Of a stretch of 64,000 nucleotides of DNA, positions 19,750 to 29,780 are shown in pieces; positions within the stretch are counted from its first letter, which is position 1, and each line of letters opens with the position of its first letter. Location of the stretch: NCBI GenBank assembly GCA_965215515.1, contig OZ244057.1:736001-800000 (forward strand), written 5' to 3'. The stretch is from Oligoflexales bacterium (GTDB lineage Bacteria > Bdellovibrionota_B > Oligoflexia > Oligoflexales > JAPPIL01). The notes beneath the pieces are model-generated. The model had not been told where the DNA came from. It worked only from the letters and a program-made list of their open reading frames with translations, and did no database searches. Both the position numbers and the translations under genes were made by a program.

Positions 19750-20754
19750 TCAGTCGATGAGGTAGCGGTAAGAGACGGTGATGGTTGCCTGGTCGGGGGG
19801 GACGTAGCCCCGATCGAACCTCAGCCGCCTATCTTCCATGTCGATCGTATATTGCGACATGCTCAATTCCTCGCCGTCGACGACGACCTGTACTGCCCCG
19901 CTCGGTGCTTGTGAGAGGGTGAAAACATCGTCCAGTGCTGTGTGCACGTTCTGTGAAATTTTCTGTAGCGTGCTGGCGTAGCTCTTGGCGCTAACACTGC
20001 CGTAGGCGGCAAAGATGCTGAGCACGGTCGGATCTCCGCTCACTCCGATTCTCCACTTGCCAGGGCTGGGGAGAAGGCCGTACACTTTGGCCTCACCCTT
20101 AGGTCTGATGCTGTCGAGATGGGCGCGGAGATCACCACTTCTCGTGCACGGTGATTTTTGGTAGCATATGGGGCGTTCGTCGCCGACGATCACTACTGCA
20201 ACCGTCGAGTCTTCTCTGAGCCAAGTAGTATCTGTGTTTCTGCACATACCTCCCTCGAGACCCTTAATCGCTTGGTGAAAATAGAGTTCTTGAGCACTGC
20301 CCTCTACGCCAAGTCTTATCGCGTCTCTGTAGGAGCGTTCGTAATCGATAGTGTCCCTGGTTAGCGGTGCGCTCACACAGTCCCTTTCATCCGTGCTGAT
20401 AACGGCAATCTGCCAGTCGCTGCCCCTGATATGCGCCAGCAGGTCAGGCAAATTGCTCGCCAACTGATCCTGCTCGTTTGCCATCGATGCGGAGTTGTCG
20501 ATGACCAGTAAAATGTCGAGCACTCCCTTCTGGCTTTGGTTGAACTCGTCCCGCTGCTCGGCGTAGCTGCCTATTCCTTCCGCCATGACGCTCTTCCCAG
20601 CATCCTCGCTGTTGAGCAGCCTTCTTCCCCCCTCTACATCTGCACCTCTCGCCTCAGCACTGCTCACCTGCGCGTGCCCTTCGTGTCCTCCCGTAAAACT
20701 GGTCTGCATACTGCCACATCCACAGATACACAGGGCAAAAATCATCCTACGCAT
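19750..20754 (-). CDS. vWA-like lipoprotein
   Basis: LDILLVIDNSASM, WQIAVISTD, WLRED..AVVIVGDE and a C-terminal Ig-like tail VPP...ITVSY. Confidence 0.8.
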   Translation of the reverse strand: MRRMIFALCICGCGSMQTSFTGGHEGHAQVSSAEARGADVEGGRRLLNSEDAGKSVMAEGIGSYAEQRDEFNQSQKGVLDILLVIDNSASMANEQDQLASNLPDLLAHIRGSDWQIAVISTDERDCVSAPLTRDTIDYERSYRDAIRLGVEGSAQELYFHQAIKGLEGGMCRNTDTTWLREDSTVAVVIVGDERPICYQKSPCTRSGDLRAHLDSIRPKGEAKVYGLLPSPGKWRIGVSGDPTVLSIFAAYGSVSAKSYASTLQKISQNVHTALDDVFTLSQAPSGAVQVVVDGEELSMSQYTIDMEDRRLRFDRGYVPPDQATITVSYRYLID

Positions 20755-20858
20755 CGCTGCCACCCCTCCCACCGCCTATCGGCAGGAGTTACCGAACACC
20801 TGAGGCATACTATGCTTTTTTTGTAAAAACACCTTATTTCAGCATGATAGGGCGTAGC

Positions 20859-20900
20859 TTAGGCGATGCGATAGCGGTAAGGGGCGGTGATGGTTGCCTG
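20859..20900 (-). pseudogene. 3' end remnant of a second copy of the vWA lipoprotein gene
   Basis: 20864-20900 matches 19755-19791 at 33/37 nt and encodes QATITAPYRYRIA* versus QATITVSYRYLID*, with the stop in register. Confidence 0.75.
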
Positions 20901-20936
20901 AGTGAGGTAAGCCGCGCGCACGTCTGTCAGCCAAGA

Positions 20937-21875
20937 CTAGGCGGTATGGACAGAGGTATCATCGTCAGCCGCGAGGGTTTCGACCTGTTCGTCGTAGGTA
21001 CGCGGCTGATTATCAGCGCGTCGGGATAAAATCATCTGCATCTTCGTCTCCCACAGATGGGAGAAAAGGGCAACGACGAGCACCAGGGTAGTGACGAAAA
21101 AATCGGTGGTAATGACCGCCGTAATCCCGAGGACACACAGTGATAGGAGGGTTAGCTGCTGTAAGCGCGCCAGCAGACGCGGCTGCCACGACATGATGGT
21201 GAGTGCGGTGTTGACATGGCCACGCCAGTTGTATTTGGACACACCTCCTCGCCGCGGCCTGCGATCCGCCATCAGGGTAGCGCGGCTGAAGTGCGAAGCG
21301 TTGAGCATCGCACCGAGATAATCGATGTAGTGCACCGCGGCGACGTAAGCGAGTACCTGCGGGCGCATGATGCAGAACTGGTTGGCACGAGCGCTGTTGC
21401 CTGTGCCCAGCCACATCAGAGCCTGAAAGGCCGCGTAGCAGAGACGAAATGCCCAGGGTTCACTGCGTTTGCCGCGCAAGGCGAAGACGATCTCATGCTG
21501 GTCGGCTAGCACCACCATAGCGGCGAGGAAACGGGGATCGTCCTGGCCATCCGCATCCATCACCAGCGTCAAGCGCGGCGACCACTGGCAGGCCAGCTGG
21601 CAACCTTTGAGCACTGCCAAGCCATGACCGTGCCGCCGCGGCAGTCTGACTAGAGTCAGACTCACTCCTGGTGCGTGTTGAGCACGAAACCAGTCTTTGA
21701 GCAGTACGACACCGTTGTCCTGCGAATAATCATCGACGATCAACAGTGCGATGCGCGACAACGAAGCTATCTGAGTGAGTGCCGCGCACAACTCCTGCAC
21801 GACTGCGACGAGGCTCGCCTCCTCGTTGCAGACTGGCAGCACGGCACAGAGATCGATTTTGTCAGGCGGCGGCAT
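20937..21875 (-). CDS. Glycosyltransferase family 2 (GtrB/ArnC-like)
   Basis: LPVCNEE, VDDYSQD and MDADGQDDP motifs, plus two C-terminal TM segments. Confidence 0.88.
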   Translation of the reverse strand: MPPPDKIDLCAVLPVCNEEASLVAVVQELCAALTQIASLSRIALLIVDDYSQDNGVVLLKDWFRAQHAPGVSLTLVRLPRRHGHGLAVLKGCQLACQWSPRLTLVMDADGQDDPRFLAAMVVLADQHEIVFALRGKRSEPWAFRLCYAAFQALMWLGTGNSARANQFCIMRPQVLAYVAAVHYIDYLGAMLNASHFSRATLMADRRPRRGGVSKYNWRGHVNTALTIMSWQPRLLARLQQLTLLSLCVLGITAVITTDFFVTTLVLVVALFSHLWETKMQMILSRRADNQPRTYDEQVETLAADDDTSVHTA

Positions 21876-21930
21876 GATGGTGTACTGTTCTCGACTTGTC
21901 CCTTCATTGTAACATCGATCGATAACACCC

Positions 21931-24072
21931 TCAAACGAGGCGTTGTTGCAAACGTGTTTGCCGAAAGACTTCGTGGTCACGGCGGGCACTGCTTTTAAAC
22001 ACCTCGGCGCTGCCGATAACGATCATTTTCTTTTTCGCCCGCGTAATGGCGGTATAGACGAGGTTGCGGTTGAGCAGGCGTGTGTGTGACCTGATAACAG
22101 GCATGATGGCGGTCTCGAATTCACTGCCTTGCGCTTTGTGGACGCTGATGGCGTAGGCGAGTTTAAGTTCGCCGTAGTGTTTGCTAGCGTAGACGACCAG
22201 TTTGCCTTGGAAATCGATGCTCATACTGTCTTTGCCGACCCCACCCACATACCCGATGTCACCGTTGTAGACGTTGAGAGTGTAGTTGTTGACAGTCTGG
22301 ATAACTTTATCTCGCACCTGCAGTTTATCGCTTTCCTCCTCGCCGTGACGTAACCAACGGCGGATCTCACGGTTGAGATGGTCGATACCCAGCTCGCCAT
22401 GATAGGTAGGGGCGAGTACCTGCGCGTGCGGGAATTTTTGCAGCCAGTGTTTGATCTGTGCCAAAATGCCCGCGTTGTCCTGTTCCTCACAAAACACAAA
22501 CTCCCGCCCGCCGATATAACCCTGTACCTTCCCCCGTATAATGAGGTGGGCATTGTGCACTATCTGCGATGTCTGGCTCTGACGAAAGATGCGTTGCAAA
22601 CGCACCGCAGGCAGTGCGGGGGACTGGAGTAGATCGTGCAAAAAATTCCCCGCCCCCACAGCGGGTAACTGGTTGACATCGCCGACCAACAACATGTGGG
22701 TGTGGCCATCACAGGCGGCGAGAATAGCCGCGGCGAGGGCGATGTCGAGCATAGAGGCTTCATCGACGATCAGCAGGTCAGCCGCAAGGCGGTGCTGAGC
22801 GTTGCGGTTAAAGTTTTCGTGCTGCGGTTGCCATTCGAGGAGACGATGGATAGTCTTCGCCTCTGCCCCTGTCAGTGCCGCGAGCCGACACGCAGCACGC
22901 CCTGTGGGAGCACACAGAGCACACTGCAGGTTAAGTGCTTGCGCCAACTCGACAACCAGCTGCACCGTGCTGGTCTTGCCCGTGCCCGATGCTCCTGTCA
23001 ACACCACCAGGCGATGGCGAAAAAGCTTCTGTACCGCTTGTACCTGCTCGTCGGACAACCGTGCACGCTTCGCCGCCAGCAGCTGCGGCAACTCACGTCC
23101 CATCGCGTGTGCTTGCGTAGGCGTGGCTAACATCGTCTTGATATACTGCGCCGTGCTGACCTCTGACATATAGGTGGCAGCACGGTAGTGGGCAACCTGT
23201 CCGTCGTGATTAATCTTTTCGCAGACAAGAAAATTCTCCTCTTGGGCTTGGCGGCGGGCTGCGAGGAAAGCAGGGTGGAGCTCGGCTCGCGCTATTTTGA
23301 GATTTTTCTCCAGCTGTTGCAGCAACTGTCCTTCCGTCAAAAAACAATGCCCGCGCTCTTCGCCTTTTTGCAAAAAATAGTGTAGCGCCCCCCGTAAACG
23401 CTGGGTTGCCAGAGGTGCGATGCCGAGGGAGGCACCGATCTTGTCCGCGGTTAAAAAACCCAAACCGTGCACGGTGAAGGGCAACCGATAGGGATCATGC
23501 TGTACGACCTGCGGAGCTTGCTCACCGAATTGGCGGTAAATTTTCTGTGCCAGATGTAGAGGGATACCATAATCACCGAGCGTAGCGAGTATCTCCGCAT
23601 GCTCGTGATGCTCTTGCCACTGGGCGAGTAAGTTGTAGAGCACCTTGCGACTGATACCCTTAATCTTTAACAAACGTTGCGGTTCATCTCGCAAAATTTT
23701 TAGGGTCTGTTGACCGAGGACGGCGGTTATCTTGCGGGCGGTGCTTTTGCCGATGCCACGAAAATTGCCGCAGCTGAGATACCGCTCGATACCCTCGACT
23801 GTGCGCGGCAAGGAGGGGCGCAACGTTGCGACTTGCAGCTGTCGCCCGTAACGGGCGTGTTCCTGCCAGTTCCCGCTGACCACAAAACTCTCATGGGGAG
23901 TAAGCGACGGCATCACGCCACAGATGATGATCTCGCCATCTTCGTGCGTGGCCGCGGCCACCGTCCAACCGTTGTCGGGATTGCGGAAAATTACCTTCCT
24001 GACCTCGACGGTTATTTTTTCCCTGTCATCGCGGGGAGCAGCTGTGGTAGGAGCGTGGTCGTGATCATTCAT
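21931..24072 (-). CDS. recD2: RecD2-like ATP-dependent SF1B helicase
   Basis: IFRNPDNGWTV N-domain, HhH GIGK, GASGTGKT, DEASM, GDVNQLP, HKAQGSE and YTAITRAK. Confidence 0.95.
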   Translation of the reverse strand: MNDHDHAPTTAAPRDDREKITVEVRKVIFRNPDNGWTVAAATHEDGEIIICGVMPSLTPHESFVVSGNWQEHARYGRQLQVATLRPSLPRTVEGIERYLSCGNFRGIGKSTARKITAVLGQQTLKILRDEPQRLLKIKGISRKVLYNLLAQWQEHHEHAEILATLGDYGIPLHLAQKIYRQFGEQAPQVVQHDPYRLPFTVHGLGFLTADKIGASLGIAPLATQRLRGALHYFLQKGEERGHCFLTEGQLLQQLEKNLKIARAELHPAFLAARRQAQEENFLVCEKINHDGQVAHYRAATYMSEVSTAQYIKTMLATPTQAHAMGRELPQLLAAKRARLSDEQVQAVQKLFRHRLVVLTGASGTGKTSTVQLVVELAQALNLQCALCAPTGRAACRLAALTGAEAKTIHRLLEWQPQHENFNRNAQHRLAADLLIVDEASMLDIALAAAILAACDGHTHMLLVGDVNQLPAVGAGNFLHDLLQSPALPAVRLQRIFRQSQTSQIVHNAHLIIRGKVQGYIGGREFVFCEEQDNAGILAQIKHWLQKFPHAQVLAPTYHGELGIDHLNREIRRWLRHGEEESDKLQVRDKVIQTVNNYTLNVYNGDIGYVGGVGKDSMSIDFQGKLVVYASKHYGELKLAYAISVHKAQGSEFETAIMPVIRSHTRLLNRNLVYTAITRAKKKMIVIGSAEVFKSSARRDHEVFRQTRLQQRLV

Positions 24073-24242
24073 TGTGCTACAATGATTAGTGGTGGCAGTT
24101 CAAACCCTCAGCCACGCGTTCTCCGCTCAGCTCCAGCTGTCTGGCATGCGTGCACCCCTGTAGTCGCGAGCAGAGGGCGTATCGACGAGGTGCGTGAACC
24201 GCAGTATCTATGAGCAACGATCTTACGAGCAGGAGGTAGTCA

Positions 24243-24593
24243 GTGCAAGTACGATTTTCCTTCAAGCAAATTCCATCGTCGGAACGACTTAAAACTTACA
24301 CCGAGCAAAAAGTGCGGAAGATGATTGAAAAATTCGTCACCAAACCTATCGAGGCACACATTACCTTCTCCACCGATCGTCACTTGCAGAACACCCACTG
24401 TGCGGTGAGCGGGGGAGACGGGTTCAATATCCAAGCGGAAGCTTCCTGCGAAGATGTTTATGGCTCGGTCGATAATCTGATGGACAAACTACAGGTGCAG
24501 CTCAAACGTCAGAAAGAAAAGATCAAAGACCATAGGACGAGCAAAAGCCTCAAGGAGGTATTGCCTGACTTAAAAACGGGCAGTACCGACTGA
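24243..24593 (+). CDS. hpf: Ribosome hibernation promoting factor (HPF/RaiA)
   Basis: S30EA-family pattern DVYGSVD..MDKL..QLKRQKEKIKDH, with AGGAGG before the GTG start. Confidence 0.9.
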   Translation: MQVRFSFKQIPSSERLKTYTEQKVRKMIEKFVTKPIEAHITFSTDRHLQNTHCAVSGGDGFNIQAEASCEDVYGSVDNLMDKLQVQLKRQKEKIKDHRTSKSLKEVLPDLKTGSTD

Positions 24594-24763
24594 GGGCTGT
24601 CAGCTTTCCCGACAGCATCCCAAGCCGCGTGCGTGTCTTATCGTCGTGAACTCGGGTTCTGGGGCAGTACCCCGTCTCTCTCTGATGTTATCAACTTCTG
24701 CCTTGCACAACACGGCTGTCTGGCGTATGCACCTGCCTGTTGCCCATGTGTCGCAGGTAAGGC

Positions 24764-26533
24764 GTGCAGTCCACGGATATTGACAATCCCGACTACTATC
24801 ATCGTGTTGTCGATTGTCAGTGGGCTTGCCCTGCCCACACCGATGTGCCCGCGTACATACGTCTCATCGCGCTCGGTCGTTATGCCGACTCGTATCTACT
24901 CAACCGTGCCTCCAATGTTTTTCCTGCTATTCTCGGTCGTACCTGCGATCGCCCGTGCGAGCCAGCGTGTCGCCGTACTCGTATCGATGGCAAACCTGTC
25001 GCCATCTGCCGTTTGAAACGGGTTGCCGCGGATCTTAAGGGCGACATCAAAGCGCGGTTACCGCAAATTCCCAGGCGCAAGAACGGCAAGAAAATCGCGC
25101 TCATCGGCGCGGGGGCGGCCTCGTTGACGGTCGCTAACGATCTGATGCCGCTGGGTTATCAGTGCCACCTCTTTGAAAAATTCTCCACCGCAGGTGGCTT
25201 GATGCGCACTAACATTCCCGCTTTCCGTCTGCCCGCAGAAGTTCTGCAGGAGGAGCTGGATATGATCATCGACATGGGTGTGACTGTGCACTACAACTGC
25301 GAGATAAAAAGTCTGCAACATTTTCTCGCCAGGCAGGGCTTCGATGCGGTGTTTATCGGTAGCGGTGCACCTAAGGGCAAAGACTTGCAGATCGCGGGTC
25401 GCCAAGCGGCGAGTGCCAACATTCACATCGGAATTGAATGGCTCGAATCCGTAGCCTTCGGGCACACGCGCAGTATCGGGCAGAATGTTGTCATCATCGG
25501 GGCGGGGAATACTGCGATGGACTGCTGCCGCACGGCCAAACGTATCGGAGGCAGCAACGTCTCCGTCGTGGCCCGCAAACCACGCCATCTGCTCAAAGCC
25601 TCGCAATGGGAACTTGACGATGCCGAGGAGGAGCAGGTCGCACTGTTGTTGAACCATGTTCCGCAGGCTTTTCTGCTCGATAACGGCAAACTGTGCGGCA
25701 CTGCGTGGGAAAAAGTCGCGTGGCGCGAAGATGCACGCGGCAAACTTACGGCGCGCAAAGTCGGCACCGCGGAAATTCCCTGCGACGATGTCATTCTTGC
25801 CATCGGGCAGGAGAACGCGTTTCCGTGGATTGAACGTGATATCGGTATCGACTTCGACAAGTGGGATGTGCCTGTTGTCGATCGCCAAACTTTGCAAAGC
25901 ACTCGTGAGGGTATTTTTTTCGGTGGCGACGCGGCCTTCGGGCCTGAGAACATCATCACTGCCGTTGCCCACGGACATGCCGCGGCAATTTCCATCCATC
26001 AGTACTGCCACGGTAAGTCGATCGCACAACGCCCGCCGCACGGCGCAAACCTCTACGCCATGAAAATGGGCATGCACCAGTGGAGCTACAGCAACGACTA
26101 CAGCCCGCAGCCGCGCCAACAGATGGTGCATGTAGAGCTTCAGCAGCGTTTGCAGCAACTCACCACCGAAGTTGAACTCGGTTTCAGCGCCGCACAAACC
26201 CGTGAGGAACTGGAACGCTGTCTCAACTGCGATATCCAAACCCACTTCACTGCATCGCAGTGTATCGAATGCGATGCCTGTATCGATATTTGCCCGCTGC
26301 ACTGTTTGACCATCACCGACAATGCTGACGAAGAGACACTGCGTACTAGACTTACCGCCCCTGCTACTAATCGCGACCAAAGCCTGTATGTCTCGGCGGA
26401 ATTACCGCAGACTAAACGGGTAATGGTGAAAGACGAAAACCTCTGCATCCACTGCGGCCTGTGCTCCGAACGCTGCCCGACCGCGGCGTGGGACATGCAG
26501 AAATTTGCACTGATCATCCCCTATGCGAGCTAG
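24764..26533 (+). CDS. GltD/SudA-like FAD/NAD(P)H oxidoreductase with C-terminal 2x[4Fe-4S] ferredoxin domain
   Basis: CQWACP, CDRPCEPAC, IGAGAA, GAGNTAMD, CIECDACIDICP and CIHCGLCSERCP. Confidence 0.92.
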   Translation: MQSTDIDNPDYYHRVVDCQWACPAHTDVPAYIRLIALGRYADSYLLNRASNVFPAILGRTCDRPCEPACRRTRIDGKPVAICRLKRVAADLKGDIKARLPQIPRRKNGKKIALIGAGAASLTVANDLMPLGYQCHLFEKFSTAGGLMRTNIPAFRLPAEVLQEELDMIIDMGVTVHYNCEIKSLQHFLARQGFDAVFIGSGAPKGKDLQIAGRQAASANIHIGIEWLESVAFGHTRSIGQNVVIIGAGNTAMDCCRTAKRIGGSNVSVVARKPRHLLKASQWELDDAEEEQVALLLNHVPQAFLLDNGKLCGTAWEKVAWREDARGKLTARKVGTAEIPCDDVILAIGQENAFPWIERDIGIDFDKWDVPVVDRQTLQSTREGIFFGGDAAFGPENIITAVAHGHAAAISIHQYCHGKSIAQRPPHGANLYAMKMGMHQWSYSNDYSPQPRQQMVHVELQQRLQQLTTEVELGFSAAQTREELERCLNCDIQTHFTASQCIECDACIDICPLHCLTITDNADEETLRTRLTAPATNRDQSLYVSAELPQTKRVMVKDENLCIHCGLCSERCPTAAWDMQKFALIIPYAS

Positions 26534-26601
26534 TACAAGATTTTATGTAGCGGTCGAGTAGGGATAAGTCGCCTGAGCACAGACAGTGTGTCATTCTTGC
26601 C

Positions 26602-26622
26602 GTCATTTGCACGGCAAATGAC
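26602..26622. terminator. Hairpin downstream of the oxidoreductase, possible terminator
   Basis: GTCATTTGC-ACG-GCAAATGAC, followed by AAAA rather than a T-tract. Confidence 0.35.
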
Positions 26623-26631
26623 AAAAGTATA

Positions 26632-26660
26632 TTGACGCGGTCGCTTGCTTTGGCTAGATT
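26632..26660 (+). promoter_or_regulatory. Putative sigma70 promoter of the lipoprotein-DUF350-speE operon
   Basis: TTGACG-17 bp-TAGATT. Confidence 0.55.
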
Positions 26661-26684
26661 GGTATTGTCCCACTGTGAGATACT

Positions 26685-27389
26685 GTGCCTGCCTCGGCTA
26701 ACATAGCTGTTCTGCTCGCGCTGCTGGTGTCTGCCTGCCAGCCACGTAACCCTGTCGTGCGGTTGCAGAAAGAACTCGACCGTTTTCCCGAATACGCCAT
26801 CATCCTCAACGATATGCGCAGTGAGGGCAATTTCTTTACCGACTACTACCACCAATACAAAATAGTCACCAACCGAGCCGAAGATACCGCGGCACACGAG
26901 CAAGTTTTGGGCGATTGGCAACGTGTCAGTACTAGTTTTTACCGCCGCCACTTTAACGATCTCGGTATGGTACTCGCCGCCAAGACTGTCGGCGGCGCTA
27001 AGTCAAACATCCCCCAGCCGCCTGGCTACCAATACATCGGCAACCAACGCTACGGACGTTGGGTGGAGCGCGACGGGATGAGCTTTTGGGAGTTTTACGG
27101 CAAGTATGCCCTCATCAGCAGTGTCTTCGGGATGCTGCACCGCCCCTACTATCGCCGCGACTACGATGTTTTTCGTGACCACCAGCGCCGCGGGCGATCA
27201 TATTACGGCACCCGTAACGAATTCGGCTCACGCGGCACGGAGACCCGCAAACGCCATGCTAATTTTTTTCAACGCCGCCAACGCCGTGAAAACTTGCGAC
27301 GACAAGCCTTCAGTCGGCGGGTTAGCGGTCGTGCCACGCGCAGCCATAGCAGTGGCTTTCGGCGCGGTGGGTGGGGATTTGGCAAATGA
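26685..27389 (+). CDS. Hypothetical lipoprotein with Arg/Gly-rich C-terminal tail
   Basis: LLVSAC lipobox, PPGYQYIGNQRYGRW..SFWEFYGKY, and the ending FRRGGWGFGK. Confidence 0.85.
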   Translation: MPASANIAVLLALLVSACQPRNPVVRLQKELDRFPEYAIILNDMRSEGNFFTDYYHQYKIVTNRAEDTAAHEQVLGDWQRVSTSFYRRHFNDLGMVLAAKTVGGAKSNIPQPPGYQYIGNQRYGRWVERDGMSFWEFYGKYALISSVFGMLHRPYYRRDYDVFRDHQRRGRSYYGTRNEFGSRGTETRKRHANFFQRRQRRENLRRQAFSRRVSGRATRSHSSGFRRGGWGFGK

Positions 27390-28231
27390 GTTTTGACGAT
27401 ATCTTGACCGCCCTGGTGTTGATCGTCGTCGTCATGGCTATCATCCTTGTCGCTAAGAAAGCTTGGGATGTCTGCCATCGTCGCATTAAGTTACGCCACG
27501 AGCTGGTCACCAACGATAATCCCGCTGTCGCACTCGCGCTGTGTGGCTACCTGTTCGGCACTGTCTTCGCGATCGCGGGAATCATGAGCGGCGAAGACCT
27601 CCCTCTTGTCGATGAAATTATCGACCTCGTTCTTTATGGTCTATTGGCCATCGTTCTGCTCAACATCTCGTCCTTCATTAGCGATCGCCTCGTCTTTCAC
27701 CGTTTCGACAGCAACAAAGAACTGGTCGATGACCGCAACATCGGTCTCGGCGCGGTCGAAGGCGCGTTTGCAGCCGCCTCAGGCCTCGTGCTCTACGGTG
27801 CGTTGCTCGGCGAAGGTGGTGGCATTATCACAGCCTTGGTTTTCTGGTCACTTGGACAATGCGCCTTTCTCCTGTTCGCCTATCTCTACAATCTGATCAC
27901 CCCGTTCGATTTTGTTGCCGAAATTGAGAAAAATAACCACGCGGTCGCCTTCGCCTTTGCGGGTTTACTGCTGGCTGCGGCTAACCTAATCCGCGCCGCA
28001 ATCGCTTTTGATTTTGTATCGTGGACGGAAAACTTACAGGACTTCGCCCTGATTTTTGCCCTCGGTATCCTGCTCTTCCCTCTGATGCGTTTCGTCACCG
28101 ACAAGTGCCTCCTGCCTTCCGCCAGTCTTACCCACGAGCTGGTCGCACAGGATAAACCCAACCTGGGAGTCGGTCTGCTCGAAGCTTCAACCTACATCAT
28201 CGCCTCGCTGATTATCAGCTGGGTCGTGTAA
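27386..28231 (+). CDS. DUF350 membrane protein (tandem domains)
   Basis: Repeated HELV..DNPAVA, KELV..RNIGLG and EIEKNNHAVA motifs; ATGA overlap with the upstream gene. Confidence 0.88.
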   Translation: MSFDDILTALVLIVVVMAIILVAKKAWDVCHRRIKLRHELVTNDNPAVALALCGYLFGTVFAIAGIMSGEDLPLVDEIIDLVLYGLLAIVLLNISSFISDRLVFHRFDSNKELVDDRNIGLGAVEGAFAAASGLVLYGALLGEGGGIITALVFWSLGQCAFLLFAYLYNLITPFDFVAEIEKNNHAVAFAFAGLLLAAANLIRAAIAFDFVSWTENLQDFALIFALGILLFPLMRFVTDKCLLPSASLTHELVAQDKPNLGVGLLEASTYIIASLIISWVV

Positions 28232-28234
28232 CGC

Positions 28235-29779
28235 GTGCTCGACCACCGCCAGCAACGTATCCTCAAGCTCAGCATCTTCTGCACGGGGATCACAGGGATT
28301 ACTGCCGAATACATCATGGCGACCCTTGCCAGCTGGTGTCTCGGTGACGCGGTCACACAATGGACATTGGTTATTTCCCTGATGTTGTTCGCCATGGGTG
28401 TCGGCAGTCGCCTCAGTCGCAGTTACGATAACCATCTCTTCGACACTTTCATCCATATTGAATTTACCCTCGCTCTGCTCGTCTCTTTGAGCGTCATCGC
28501 TACCTATGCTCTGTTTGGGATTACCGCACATCTCGCCTTCTTTATCTATCTCCTCGCCTTTTTCATCGGCCTGCTCATCGGGCTTGAATTGCCTCTGGCA
28601 ACGCGCCTTAACGCACCCAACGAAAATTTAAAAACTAACCTCAGCACCATGTTGAGTAAAGACTACTTCGGTGCGCTTGTCGGTGGTATCTTCTTCGCCT
28701 TCCTCGCCTTGCCACATCTCGGTTTGCCACGCAGCGCGGCTATCGTCGGAGCTGTCAACTGTGTCGCAGCCCTGCTACTCGGTATACACAGTTTCGCCAA
28801 ACTACAACGTCGCAAAACTTTCATCGTCTGTGGCAGTGCCGTCGTTGCCGTGGTTGCCGCAGCTTTTCTGCACGGCGATACCCTGGTGTTGCACAGCGAA
28901 CAACGCCGCTATCGTGACAAGATAGTGCTCAGTGCCACGACACGTTACCAAAAGATAGTCGTTACGGCATTTCGTGACCATCACTGGCTTTACCTCGACG
29001 GCAACCTTCAGTTTACTACCATCGATGAGTACCGTTACCACGAACCTCTCGTGCACCCCGCCATGTTGCTTGCCGAGCCTGCACGTAAAATACTGGTACT
29101 CGGTGGCGGGGACGGACTGGCGGCGAGAGAAATTTTGCGCCACCCGAAACTACAACATCTGACCGTCGTCGATATCGATCCTCGCATGACCGAGCTGGCC
29201 AGCACCCACCCCGCCTTCGTAGCCATCAACGCGGCTGCTTTCCGCCATCCCAAAGTTAACATCATCAACACCGATGCCTTCACCTTTTTACAGACAGACA
29301 CCTCGCAATACGATGTTATCATCGCTGACTTTCCCGACCCGCGCTCGGCTGATTTGGCGAGACTCTACAGTCGCCAATTTTTTCTCTCTGTTTTTCGTCG
29401 CTTGCGTCCTGACGGGGTCTTCGTCACCCAAGCAGGCAGCCCCCTCTTCGCTCGTCGTGCCTTTCTTGCCGTGCTGAAAACCATCCGTACCCTCTATCCT
29501 GCCCTGCCGCTGCATACCAACATCGCCAGCATGGGCGATCGCGGTTGGGTGCTGTCGATCAAAAACAAACAATCCACCTCCGCACAACTACAGGCTAGCC
29601 TCGCGGCACTTAACTTCGCCCACCTACCCCTGCGCTACCTCGACCGCCACACGCTCAACACCATGCTCGGCGCACAGGGCAAACACTTCTACGCGGACTA
29701 CAACAACATCCAGGTCAACAGCCTGAGCCGCCTATCACTACACAGCTACTACCGCAAAGGAAAATGGGAACTGTACTAA
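28235..29779 (+). CDS. speE: Polyamine aminopropyltransferase (spermidine synthase) with N-terminal membrane domain
   Basis: N-terminal TM bundle (LFAMGVGS, IGLELPL), then DEYRYHE, LGGGDG, DIDP and DFPDP. Confidence 0.92.
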   Translation: MLDHRQQRILKLSIFCTGITGITAEYIMATLASWCLGDAVTQWTLVISLMLFAMGVGSRLSRSYDNHLFDTFIHIEFTLALLVSLSVIATYALFGITAHLAFFIYLLAFFIGLLIGLELPLATRLNAPNENLKTNLSTMLSKDYFGALVGGIFFAFLALPHLGLPRSAAIVGAVNCVAALLLGIHSFAKLQRRKTFIVCGSAVVAVVAAAFLHGDTLVLHSEQRRYRDKIVLSATTRYQKIVVTAFRDHHWLYLDGNLQFTTIDEYRYHEPLVHPAMLLAEPARKILVLGGGDGLAAREILRHPKLQHLTVVDIDPRMTELASTHPAFVAINAAAFRHPKVNIINTDAFTFLQTDTSQYDVIIADFPDPRSADLARLYSRQFFLSVFRRLRPDGVFVTQAGSPLFARRAFLAVLKTIRTLYPALPLHTNIASMGDRGWVLSIKNKQSTSAQLQASLAALNFAHLPLRYLDRHTLNTMLGAQGKHFYADYNNIQVNSLSRLSLHSYYRKGKWELY

Positions 29780-29780
29780 G

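Noticed and set aside
25058..26380. 440 aa antisense ORF
   Set aside because: It lies wholly opposite the well-supported oxidoreductase and has no recognisable motifs.
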